Assembly (NCBI GenBank): GCA_964016885.1
Contig: OZ024741.1
Coordinates: 388,802,001-388,866,000, forward strand
DNA: 64,000 bases
Direction: 5' to 3'
Source of the DNA: Eledone cirrhosa
Taxonomy: Eukaryota
Shown here one piece after another: positions 23,975 to 36,100 of this stretch. Under the pieces are notes generated by a model. It was not told where the DNA came from, did no database searches, and saw only the letters and a list, made by a program, of their open reading frames with translations. How positions within the stretch are numbered: the first letter of the stretch is position 1; every line of letters begins with the position of its first letter. The translations under genes were made by a program, and so were the position numbers.

Positions 23975-24215
23975 GTCAACAACCACCCTGCAATGACATT
24001 TATGTTGCTCCCACATATGGAAGCCGAGGCATTGGGCCACTCCGATGTGAGTGCACTCGTCATCAAGGAGGGTACTAATTGATGAGGAGAGCACAAAATT
24101 GAGCCATGTGCTGCTGTTTGGCTGTGAAGCAGAGCAGAAGGCAGGTTGGTGTTGGTCCAAGCCAAACTCGATCCGCCTGAAGTAAGACCTGCATTTGATG
24201 TCATCTGAGTTAATT
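23975..24215 (-). mobile_element. Fragment of a CRE-like (RLE-encoding) non-LTR retrotransposon, post-RT/zinc-finger region
   Basis: The translation SASQPNSSTWLNFVLSSSISTLLDDECTHIGVAQCLG...HKCHCRVVVD resembles the recalled SGAWL..LPS..LGTLLD...RIAVALRLG...H.C.CG..VD pattern. Confidence 0.6.
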
Positions 24216-24312
24216 TCTAATTGAATTACACAAAGCCCTCTATTCAAGGCAAGATAAGATATTGTGATGTCACTTGGGATATAAATACAAGTAGATTAGT
24301 TTCAACTTCTTG

Positions 24313-24437
24313 GGAGCCCTTTCTCAGCAGTGAGTTTGAGCCAGTGACGGAGCCTCCCCTTTCTCAGCAGTGAGTTTGAGCCAGTGAGGGAGCCTCCCCT
24401 TTCTCAGCAGTGAGTTTGAGCCAGTGAGGGAGCCTCT
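24313..24437. repeat. 40-bp tandem repeat, three copies
   Basis: Unit ccctttctcagcagtgagtttgagccagtgagggagcctc. Confidence 0.95.
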
Positions 24438-24591
24438 CTGTGGTTACTCAATCTGCAAGAAATAACCAGCAAATTTCCCTCTAACCACACCCTTCTGTCA
24501 TAAAGGAAGGATACACTGCCAGGGGAAAAAATTGGTATGGTGACAGCTGGGTTACCTTTATGATCATAGCTAACATGGGGCCAAATAACAA
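24430..24591 (+). mobile_element. Old dispersed repeat (family C), unclassified retroposon-like 3' end
   Basis: Related diverged pieces at ~29770-29960 (-), 52455-52815 (+), 57620-57730 and 58095-58175 (+), and 28760-28830 (-). Confidence 0.5.
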
Positions 24592-25307
24592 ATCTGTATT
24601 ACAGAAAAGAATTTAAAAAAAATGCTTTTTTGCTTAAGTGGATGAGTTATGGATTGAAAGTGAGTATGGTATTTTAACCCCAGGCTAGCTCTGTTTACAA
24701 TGAGTGCATCAGGTGTAGGTATCTCTATTGAAGAAAACTAACCAAATACAGGAAGGCAGCTGCTTGAGTTGATGGTTTACTTAGCCACTACATCAGTGAT
24801 TGAAATAAGTACAGGGGATGGAGCTTAAGTATTTGCACATTTAGATAACTACTTATTTTAGTGACAGTGTAAAACAATTGTTGTTCTATACAGAAAAAGG
24901 TATGTTATATGATGCATATGTTATGTGTAATGCAAAGAAAAGGAACACCTTGAAAGGAAAGGGTTTAGTTGACTCAACAGATGGGTAATGTAAATTTAGA
25001 ACTAAGGTAGGTTGCGCATTAAACTGAATAGATATTTAGGGTGATTACTGCTGCATGAATCCAGTTACTGCAAACAGCATGATAATTATGAATGATGCAT
25101 GCTTGGCATAACAATGCGATAAGTTGGGTTGTTGTTGTGTAGCCCCATATCAGCCTTGATTGAGTAGTACTATGGCACACAGGTAGTTGACTGAGTGATG
25201 AAGCACAACAAATCCACCTATCCAGTTATAACATATCTCTGTATGGGTGAGGATCAAACTCCATACTCTGACATGCAGAAATAAATCCTATGGTTTGCAT
25301 TGTGGCA

Positions 25308-25744
25308 ATCTAGACCAGTGTTTCCTATACTGTGCACTGTGAGATGTAATTAAGTGCCCCCGTGAAAGAAGGTGCAGTGTGACAGTCTACACCAATACTT
25401 TACAAACTGTGCACTATGAGATGTTTTTAGATGTACTGTGAAAGAAGGTGCAGTGTGACGGTCTAGACCACTGCTTCCCATAATGTGCACTGTGAGATGT
25501 AATTAGGTACACAATGAATGAAAGTACAAGATTCTATTTCAAAATATAAGAAGTACAAACAAAAGTTTGTAATAAAGTTCATGTATTAAAGTAGGAAACA
25601 ACGTAAGAATGAAAATATTGCCAAAAATGTAGAAATGCCTCTTTTGAATAACTTTTCGAATTTAGGTACAAAGTGCAGCAAAATATTTTTACTTGTTTTA
25701 AAGTATGCCATAAGTAAAATAGTATAGGGGCTACTGGTATAGAC
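25308..25744. mobile_element. hAT MITE preceded by tandem copies of its own left end
   Basis: Three ~76-bp units each begin (a/g)tcta(g/c)ac-ca.t.... The right end is agtataggggctactg|gtatagac. The best TSD pair is gtctagac (25461-25468) with gtatagac (25737-25744). Confidence 0.6.
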
Positions 25745-26299
25745 ACTTTCTATTCTCTCCTGTGTCCAGTTTACTTTTGTTTACCTGTAGATTCACAGTG
25801 TTCACAGAGTGTTCACAGTGGAGATGGGCAAAGTGGAATTGACCAGAACAGCATAGTTGCTATTATTGTTGGTGGTGTACATCTCAGCAGTGATACTATT
25901 GATGTTGCATTTTTGTGTGTGTATGTATATCTTGTGTTTATTTGGACCGAGTAGAACAGCTAGTGATTATAAAATATTGTTATATTTCTTTGGGGTGCTG
26001 TATATGTGTTTGGCTGTTTGGAGGAGTTTTGTCATATGCAGGGATCATGGCTGTTGAATTTCCCTATACCAACAAACAATTCTTTGCATGACCAGGTGGT
26101 CTTTCATTTTTCATATTTTTGTTTTGTTGTGTATGTGGTCTGTTAACAGATTATTATGGGTAGTGTGCTGTTTTGAGTTCTTTTGTAGTCCAACCCTTGC
26201 TAGCAAGGAAAGCTGACATTAAATGCTGATGTAGTTTGTACACCATTTTTTTTTTTTTTGACAAAATTTACTATCATCATATAGCTGGTAACACTTAGT

Positions 26300-27780
26300 G
26301 TATAAACAGTTTTGCTGTTTTCCTCATACATTGTTCTTTTCCAACCACACTGAGGAAACCATTGAAGAAAGGGTATTTTTATGTCTTTCTTGTGTACTTC
26401 TTTTCCTGTGTACTCTAAGTATGATTGCTCACTGTTTTTGTTGTCTTTAGTATCTCTTCTATGTGAGTTGTAAATGTTGTAGAGGAGCTGTAACTCCCAG
26501 TAGTTTTATCTATGTGTGTGATGATTAGTTGTATTTGATGTTCTTTTGTGTTGCTGGTAAAAATGGAAACAGTTGAATTGGTAGGTGCTACTGTAAGTCA
26601 GTTATGGTGGAGTTCTGTTTCTAAGGTTGGAGTAGTTGTGCAGCAGTGTCTGGAGAATGGTCAGAGGGTGTTTGGGATGTCACTTGTGTATAAGGCCCTC
26701 TGTATATTTTGTGTTTGTGTAGGTTTAAGTTGAAAAGAATGGATGAGAGGATGGATCTCTGTAGTACTCTGATCAGGAAATTTAAGGTTTTATGCGTTTT
26801 AGTGTTTAAGGTTTTAGCGTTTTATGTTGTCTCTTAAGGTGGTATTGAGAATATTTTGTATGAATCAAAAGCTTTGCTAATTTTATTATTTAGAATGGGA
26901 TGTGTTGGGAGGAGGTTATTTGCTGTTGAAACCATCATACCTGTGTTAGGTTTGTAAGTACTGTATTGTGATTTTGAGAGGGAGTGTGTGAGTTAGTGGT
27001 GTCAAGGATTATCCATTTTAGAGTTTTTGAGAATGTACACAGTTTTAGAATTGTTATAGGTTTCAGATTATCAAAATGCAACAGTTTCAGCATTTGTTTA
27101 GACCCAGAGTTGTTGAGTGTAGTGATTTGTTTAGACCCAAAGTGTTATAGGTCTATATTTGCCAGTTTTCTGTTTTCTCTGTTTTAGTTTTGCTTAGTTT
27201 GATACTGGATTTTATTTCAGTTATGTGCAATTTTCAAGTATTGTTTGAGGTTGTTTTTATAAGGTTGGCTATTTCTGGTGTGTAATTGGGATTATATGTT
27301 TTCATATTACCTTGAGGAATATGTTTTGTGGTTTCAACTATAGTGATTTTGGTAAATGTATATATATAGCAGTGTCTATGTTATTGATTGTGGTGGTGTT
27401 GAATTAAAAAAAACCCTTGATTTTCTTTCTTGGTGAGCCTTGTTCCAATATGCTTTTTTTGAAGTTTGTAAAAAGTGATTTTACTTTCTAAATTAAAGTG
27501 TGTGTGTTGTAATTATAATTGATAGATAGTTTGAGGAGAAATTATTTGCCAAATAGTTGTGATAGATAGGTGTGTGGAGCAGGTGTCTGAGGAAGAGTTG
27601 TAGTAGTTGGCTTGATGAGGCTTGTGTGTATTGATATGGATTGTTGGGATGTAAAGGGAGTTTGTGATGTTATCTGCACTGTTGGAAAACCAGGAGGCAT
27701 TGAGTTCATTGAAGTCTTCTCTCAGTGATAATGTTTGAGAGAGTGTTGTAGTTGGTGTGTGCAACTAGATGGGATACTTG
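26300..27780 (-). mobile_element. Highly decayed Penelope-like RT region
   Basis: G/T-skewed block. Minus-strand remnants SADNITNSLY (cf. D-V-x-SLYTNIP), HFNLESKITFYKLQKKHIGTRLT (cf. F-x-F-N-x-x-x-Y-x-Q-x-x-G-x-x-MG) and TYKPNT appear in the expected order. Confidence 0.35.
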
Positions 27781-28854
27781 CTGAGGACAGTGGAGGTACA
27801 CACACACATGATGTGTAACCAAGACTACACCAACAATGTATAAATATGTACACATATTTAATATGCAGGCCATGTAAACATGCCTGAAAATACAAATTTA
27901 TCTGTACATTGAAAAAATGATAAACATCTTTAATTGATTTTTGGATCTATGATAATTAGACCCCTGCTGTCTTTGTTACACACTCTGTATTTATGCAGAT
28001 ATAACTTTATCATACACTTCGGCTGCTAGTGCATTTCTTATGATATATATATATATATAGTCTTTATTTTTATCTTTTAGTTTAAAAGCCAGCATTTCTA
28101 GTGGTGTGTTGTTTCCTGCTAGTTTACTTATGTCATTTGTCATATTGAATTCAGGTTCTTATGTAGTTCACTCCTGTTGTGAAAAGGTCTGCCTGATCTG
28201 GTTTGAGTATAATTCAGAATAGTGGGTGTTCTGTGTTCTGATAGAAAGAATGCTTTCTGATTTATTGCAATAGGAGATAACAATGGTCCTGTTTTTTTTT
28301 TTATCATTGTTGTTGCTATCAGTCTTATTTCTATTTTTATTTTGGATCCTTAACCTTTTTGATACAAAACTGTTTTATAGTGTTTATATATATCTAAAAA
28401 TCTTCCCTCATAAATTTTGAATAGAACTTTTAAGCCAGTTTAATAATGAGAAAGTTATATTACTAAATCTCCTCAAATTCTTGATTATTTTCAAAATTAT
28501 TTGGAAATCATAGGTAGTATTTTTCATTAGACTTATGATAATTAGTCTGTGTTGTATAAATTGAAGAAATTACATCTGGATTGTCTAATCCATAGAAAAA
28601 TATTTGAAACTGATTTTGACAGATACTACTTAGGCTATAAAGTTGTCTTCTTTGATATTTCTCAGCTTTCATTATACAGAACAGTGATCAAAGCATTACA
28701 TCTCTGCAGACTGTATTCAAGACTGTGTTATCCAATATGTCCTTCTTTTGTTAAATTGTAAGTTGTGGTTTGAGAATTTTTTTGGCTACTTTTTCTAGCA
28801 GGTTGATCAACCACATAGTCCCGTGCTGGTTTGAGTTGTATTATTTTTATTAGA

Positions 28855-29062
28855 TGTGGCAGTATCAGTAGAGCCTCAGACACCATGCTTTGTGGTATAG
28901 GATTAGATCCCTTTATGTTCTGATTTTAAATTTCGCTAAGGTTAGCTTTGCCTTTCATCCTTACAGGGTCAATAAAATAAAGTACCAGTAATGCACTGGG
29001 GTTGATTTAACCAACTTTCCCCTTCCCCCAAATTGTTAGCCTTGTGCCTCAATCAGAAACCG
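28855..29062 (+). mobile_element. Family A SINE, longer older subfamily
   Basis: Same head and middle as the young copies, with an extra ggggttgatttaaccaact...ccccaaattg segment. Confidence 0.8.
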
Positions 29063-29407
29063 TTTTTATTAGGTGTTCTATTTTACATTTTGGGATTTTT
29101 ATTTCAACCACTTTTTTTTTTTTTTTTAAATGTAAATTTAATTTAATATATATAATGTGCTTCAGTTTTTAAGAATTTTCAATTGATCACTCATTCTTTA
29201 GTAGCTTTCAATTAAATTTTCAGTACTCTGTCCAGACACACCCTTCCTGAAATATGCACATTCTCATTAAAAATTATTTTCTATCCTGCAGCATTTGCTA
29301 AACATGCCAAACTTCTCAACAAAAATATTTTTACTTCTAAGCCTTTAATTTGAATAGTGCTTCAGGAATCTTGTCTTCATTGTTACTAAGTTACAATCTG
29401 TATTTAA

Positions 29408-29677
29408 TTAACTCTTTCATTACTATTTTTAAAATGAAAAGCACAGCCTTTAATTTTCAAATAATTTTGAAAATAATAAAGAATTTGAAGGGATTATTGC
29501 TAGCTTTATCATTATTAAGCTGATGTTCGTAACATAGCTTAAGAAAGGTTCCTGTTAAAATTATGATGTAAATTTTAAGATAAATATACACACTTTAAAA
29601 CAAACTGTAAACAAAACTAATGTTAAATGATGAAGAATCAGAGGCAGTTTTAAGTGGATTAATAACAAAATAGTTAA
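29408..29677. mobile_element. Decayed TTAA-flanked MITE family
   Basis: TTAA-bounded. Related copies at ~16061-16290, 28350-28550, 36500-36682, 41808-42066, 42460-42673 and 43017-43206. Confidence 0.5.
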
Positions 29678-30612
29678 TATATAGCCAAATTATCTCAAAC
29701 TTCTGAAACCTGTCCTTTTATAAGCATGCTTACTATATAAGACATTATTGCTTTTGTCACACTGTTAATTTTTATTAGACCCAATTCAGTCCTGGCAGAG
29801 CCAGTGATCAAAGACATTCCAGTCATGACCAGTCTGTTATTTTCTAAGACATTACATAGCTAAGATCATATTATCCAATGAATCCCTCTCTTTTCAAAAT
29901 GGTTGAGTATAATTTAAGGGAGATTTGGGTGCAGCTTCTAAAGGGTTAAGCAACCTGCCCCCATCCTCATTATGGAGATTCCATTGTTTGGTTTATCAGT
30001 AGCTGCTGCATTAAAGACATTTTCATTAACTACTAATGCATCAATCAGTATAGTCAAAAGTTCAAGCTTTTATAATGCACACCTATATGCATATATATGC
30101 GTGTGTATACATGCATATACATACATACATGTATGTATGTATGTATGTATGTATGTATGTATAGATGTATGTATGTATGCTATTAAAACTCTGATTGTGT
30201 GCTTGTCTGTAATTTGATACAGCCAAAACGGCGCATAATGGGAAAATACTTTGAAAGGAAGTTGCCCCTGAAATGGGAATACAAATGGAATAAAACAAGT
30301 TTTGCGTAAATTGGAGCACGGGTTCTCAAGATATGGGGTTTCTGGGTACCTTCATTAATAGAGAGAGAGAGAGAGCTGGTGGTGTTGTTGAGTGACTTCA
30401 AAGAATCGAATACAGCATTACTGTATCTGTGTAGCGACTATTTCCTGCTAAATAAGAAGGGTTTCTAAGTGTGTGTGTGTATATGTGAGTGTGTGTAAAT
30501 ATGTATGTGTATGTGTGTGTCTGTGACCAGTGTATATAGGTCACCCCCCCCCCCCACACACACACATATAATCATCATTGTCGTTTTAATGTTCGCTTTC
30601 TCTGCTAGCAAG

Positions 30613-30639
<27 letters not shown>

Positions 30640-30643
<4 letters not shown>

Positions 30644-32025
30644 AAAGCTGCAGGACCATTAGAGATAGCTGCTGAGGTGCTAAAAGCATTGGGAGAACTA
30701 GTAATCGGCATAGTCAATCAAGTAATACAGGATGTTGTCATACCCAATGACTAGCACAGCAGTACAATCGTAAATTGCTACAAGGGCAAAGGTGATCTCC
30801 TAGAGAGGAACAACTATAGAGGAATAAAACTAATGAACCAAGTTATGAAAATGATGGAAAGTGTTATAGCGCAACTGGTTAGAGAAAGTCAAATTAGGCG
30901 AGATGCAGTTTGGTTTCATGCCTGGGAAAAGTACTACAGATGCCCTCTTTTTAATGAGGCAACTACAAGAGAAGTTCTTAGCCAAAAATAAGCTACTGTA
31001 CCTAGCTTTCATCGACCTAGAAAAAGTTTTTGACAGAGGATCCCAATCTATTATTTACTGATCCCTAAGGAAATTAGGTGTAGAAGAAATGGTTTGTGAG
31101 AGCAGTGCAAGCCATGCACAGAGGAGGTGTCAGTAAAGTGAGATTAGGAAATGAGTTTAGTGAGGAAGTCAAGGTACAAATAGGAGTTCATCAAGGTTCA
31201 GTTTTTAGCCCACTACTATTCATTATAGTCCTCCAAACTATAACGGAGGAGTTTAAGACAGCCTGCCCATGGGAACTTCTCTATGCAGATAATTTGGTGC
31301 TTATAGCTGAAACCAAAAGAGAACTAGAAAATGAGTTTCGACTATGAAAGCAAAATTTAGAATCAAAAGGCCTGAGAGTAAACTTAGCCAAAACTGAAGA
31401 CTAGGAGAGAAGATAGGACCCTGATTCTTTCAGGGAAGTGGCTACACATAATGTAAAAAGGGTGTGGGCATAAACTCCATATGATGTACACTATGTAAAT
31501 CTTGGGTACACAAGATGTAGTGGGATAATGGGTAGACTAACAGGAATGGAAGACTTTGTTTGTAGAAGATGCATGAGGGTAACCGAAGGGAAGATAATGT
31601 GACACCTGTGTGTGAAGGGCAATGTTGCATGGTAGTGAAACATGAGCTGTAATTGTAGAGAACATGTGTAGACTGGAGAGAAATGCAGCAACCATGCTCT
31701 GTTGGATGTGCAATGTAAGTGAGAGAAAATCAGAGCTTGGATGAGTTGAGGGAGAAGCTGGTTTTCAGAGAAGACTGCGTTGGTTTGGACATGTAATACA
31801 CATGGACAATGACCGATGGGTGAAGAAGTGCCAGGAAATCCCAGTGGAAGGAAGCCGCAGTAGAGAACGGCCAAGAAAGACAGGGGCAGATTGTGGGAGC
31901 TGATCTCAAATCACTGAGACTCAGAAAAGTGATGACAAAGGATCGAGTCATAGGAAGAGATGCTGTGCTGAGAAAGCCACGTCCAACCCATGCAAGCATG
32001 GAAAAGCAGACATAAAAACAATAAT
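30640..32025 (+). mobile_element. RTE family 2-type LINE, decayed RT with internal Cys/His finger
   Basis: Motifs KAAGP, NYRGIKL, QFGFMPG, GVHQGSVFSPLLF, WELLYADNLVL and CKKGVGINSI.CTLCKSWVHK..C...FVCRRC. Confidence 0.88.
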
Positions 32026-32041
32026 GATATATATATATATA

Positions 32042-32330
32042 TCATCATCATCGTTTAACCTTCCACGCTAGCAAGATTGGTCGGGTGACCGTGTCTCGCT
32101 CATATAGGACTGTCTGGCAGGTTTTCTACGGCTGGATGCCCTTCCTAACACCAACCACATTTACAGTGTGGACTGGGAGGTTTTTACCGTGTTACCTATC
32201 CGGTCACATTACAGCGTGGACTGGATGTTGTACAGAGAAAAGGTGGTGTTGGTGGGAGTGGGAAGATGGTGTAGGGGTAGTGGTTGGGATGTATATTTGG
32301 TTAAGAGGTGCCTACTGACTGTAGGTTTTG
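32042..32330 (-). mobile_element. RTE family 2 3' UTR fragment, tail-to-tail with the preceding LINE
   Basis: Reverse complement of ~9240-9622 with internal deletions. Confidence 0.8.
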
Positions 32331-33747
32331 TTATATATATATATAATCCTCATCATCATTTTGCATCCACTTTCCAAGTTAGCGTGAGTTGGATGGGTTG
32401 TCACTATCTGAAACCAGATGGGTCAAAGAACCACATCTTGCTCATATATTCCATATTTGGCATGGTTTCTATGACTGGATGCCCTTATGTCAGCCACCTT
32501 ACAGAGTGTATTGGATGCAGTTTTCATTGCATCAGCACTTCCATTTTACAGAGAGGTAGTGGTGTCAAACCCTTTTTTTCTTGTTTAATCACAAAACACT
32601 GTAGCCTCCATTTAATTTTAGTGTTGCAATGTATGCAAGTTTTGATATAGAAACAACTGAATTTTACAATACTTATTCTGTAACTGACACTCAACTCTAT
32701 TACACATTTTTATTTCCTCTATTATAAAATATTTATTAATTTCATAAAAATGGCATATTCAAATAAATATTATAACACCTTTCTATTCACCGAATGCCTT
32801 TTTCATCATAGAAGTAATACCTATACCTGCAAATATCCAGTAAGTACATTTATCTAAATTTGTTTAGACCTATTAGAAGATCATGTGATTTTATTTCTTA
32901 GTCTATTATAGATTTGTTCTTATTGATGACAAGACTGTTCTAAGTTAATGTTTTCAGAGAGCAAATCATTTTTTATTTGCATTCTTAAAAAAATGTAGTA
33001 ACCTACATGTAGTCTAATTCAGACTTGGTTCGTAATAGTTGTTTCCGGCTTACCGTCAACAAATTAGGATATTATTGAATGTAGAATAATTATCTCCTTG
33101 TTTGTGTGTTTGTTGATGTTATATAGATTTGCCTGTTATACAGTTCATGTAACTTGTTTTATAGTAGAAAGAGAATCTTTGTCAATAGTTTCATAAACCA
33201 TTTCCAACCACTAGAAATTGTAGTCTTTATGCTATTACTAACTCAACCATTGCCAATAATTATGTTGCCTAGCAGAATTTATCTACTGCTTCCAGTAATC
33301 TATCGATGAACTTGTGATCTTTAAATAGGATTTCTCATGAACAAGGCCACATTTTGTATAGTTGATTGAATCAACACTGGTAAATACTGCTACTTTTCTA
33401 TTGACCCAGAAGGAGTATAAAGATGATTGTGATTCCCTTTTAATATTCACCTTTTTAGTAGTTTTATTTCAAACCCAATCTTTCAAGTTTAAATATATTT
33501 TATGGTAGTTGTGTACTTATGTTGTATTTCTCTGAATACAAAAGTTTTCTTAGGCATTCACTCTTGAGCTTTCAAAGGCTAATATAAAGAAAAAGGAGAT
33601 AGAGGACATAGATTTGGGGACCCACCATGAACCACAAACTTAACATATTGCTAATTCACTTTTAGTCCCTGCATGTATAGATAGCCAGAGCAGTTTTCAT
33701 GTAACTCATATCTACATAGTTTTATTATTGATCTTACAATTGTAGAA

Positions 33748-36100
33748 TCATCATCATTGTTTAATGTCCATCTTCCATGCTAGCATGGGTTAGATGGGTT
33801 GTCCTGGTGTAGGCAATGCTAGGTCAGGTGACCATGTCTTGTTCATACAGTACTGATTCTGGCTTGGTTTCTACAGCTGGATGCCCTTCCTAACGTCAAC
33901 CTCATTTACAGTGAGTAGTTGGTGCTTTCTGTTGTGACGCCTACATGACCACTTTACAGTGTGGGCTGGGTGCTTTTTGCCATGTCACCATCACAACCAC
34001 TTTACAGTGTGGGCTGAGGGCTTCACTGGATGCATTTACTTTGGGTTGTCCTCCTCATGGGGGTGTGGGGTGGAGCATACTGTATATATGCTTTGGCTTG
34101 TGCTTGTGGGAAGTTGAGTCTTCTGTATTACTGCGTATCGCCAGAGATCTCGGTCATGTCATCATCTTTGAGAGGTGCAATTGGGCAAGGTCAGCTTTTA
34201 TCACCTTATCCTAAGTCTTCCTGAGTCTCCCCACTCCAAGGCTTCCATCGACTTTGAGCGCTCTGCACTTTTTTATGCAGCTGTCATCCTTCATACGCAT
34301 CACATGCCCATACCAACACAATCTCCTCTCCTGCACACAGCATTTGATTCCTCTTATGCCTTGTTTCTCTCAGTTTATTTATGCTTCGCCGTTCTCATAT
34401 ATTACTATTACACATCCATCGGAGTATGCAAGCTTCATTTCTCTCACACAGTGCCCAGCTCTCACTACCATGCAATATAGCTGTTCGTATGCACGCATCA
34501 TAGAGTCAGCCTTTCATTCTGAGGGAGAAGCCTTTTGTAGCCAGCAGTGGTAGTAGCTCCCTGAACTTCTTCCATCCTGTTACTCTAGCTGCTGTTCTTT
34601 CAGAACACCCACCACCACTGCTAATTCGGTCACCTAGGTAGTGGAAGCTATCTACTGTTTCTACAGAGCACTCCCAGAATTTGGCAGCACTTGTTTCCTG
34701 CGGTTGTTTGCTGCTTACTGTTCCAGTGCAACTGCTACATGTAAAGCCTACATTCTTAGCTAAACTTCCTGAGATCTCACTACATCTCTTGTGCACCCAT
34801 AGTTTGGCATATGGGGCAGAGGATGGAGTTTCTATCTATACCTTTCCTACATACTGAACAAGGCCATTTCCCCAAGGGGATCTGGGTTCTACTTACTAGG
34901 ACCTTAGTCTTTATCAGGTTCACTTTAAGACTCCTTTCTAGGCCCTGCTTCCATGTGGAATTTCTTCTCTAGCTCCACCATAGATTCAGCTATGAGTGTA
35001 AGATCATCCATGTTCAAAAGTTCTCATGGGCAGCTGGTCTTAAACTCCTCTGTTATATCCTGCACAACAATAATAAACAGGAGAGGGCTAAGAGCAGAGC
35101 CCTGGTTGATGCTAAATCCCTCGCTATAGTCATTGTTAATCCTGATTTTGCTGACTGCTCCTTAATACATGGCTTGTACAGCCTTCACAAGCCACTCATC
35201 TACTCCTAGTTTTCTAAGAACCCACCAAATTATGTTACGGGAGCACTCTGTCAAAAGCTTTCTCCAGATCCAGAAATGCCAGATAGAGAGGTTTACTTTT
35301 AGCTAGAGACTTTTCCTGTAACTGTTTCACAAGGAAGAGGGCATCAGTGGTGCTTTTGACTGGTGCAAGTCCAAACTGCATCTCTTCTAGTTTTACCCTG
35401 TCCCTAATCAACTGTGCTATGACTCTTTCTGTTACTTTTATGACCTGGTCCATCAGTTTTATACCTCTATAGTTAACTGTATCTAATGCATCTCCCTTAC
35501 CCGTGTAGCAATTGACAATGATGCTGCTGCACCAATCATTTGGTATGACACCTTCTAGTATTACTTGGTTTACAATATGTGTGGTTATCGTGTGTCCTAC
35601 CGACCCAGACACTTTCAGCATCTCAGCAACTATTCCTGATGGACCGGCTGCTTTCCCAGCTTTCATATCCTTAATTGCCTTACTAACTACACTGTTGCTG
35701 ACCCTCAATGAGGTCCACTTGGGGTAGGGTCTCTTTCTCCCATGCATTCTCTTCATTCAGTAATCTTTCATAATGGCTCTTCCACGCAGCTTTCTTCTCA
35801 ACACCTGTGGGGGCAAGTGCACCTTCTCACCAATGACATCGCAATTTTCTCTAACACATCGCCTCGCAATCCTGAACACCTCCTGTTTCTGGTCCTCGCA
35901 CTGCAAAAGATGCTTGAATTTTTTATCCTCTGCTTTGCTTCTAGCTAAGTATACTTATCACCTAGGTTCCCTCCTGGTCTCTTTGTAATGAACCCTGCTC
36001 TCCCTGTTCTTCCATTGTTTCCATGGCTGTCTCTTGGCCTTAATTGCTTCATCTACCTTATTGTTTCACCACCACGTCACTCTCCTTCTCCATGGATGAC
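33748..36100 (-). mobile_element. RTE family 2-type LINE, 5'-truncated (~2.35 kb), with PHD-like finger
   Basis: ORF 35235-35756 (KAAGPSG, NYRGIKL, LAFLDLEKAFDRV) and ORF 34506-34796. 3' UTR and (GAT)n tail at ~33748-34020. Confidence 0.9.

Noticed and set aside
24313-24437. Regularly spaced repeats as a CRISPR-like array
   Set aside because: These are head-to-tail 40-bp units with no unique spacers, in a eukaryotic context with no cas genes.
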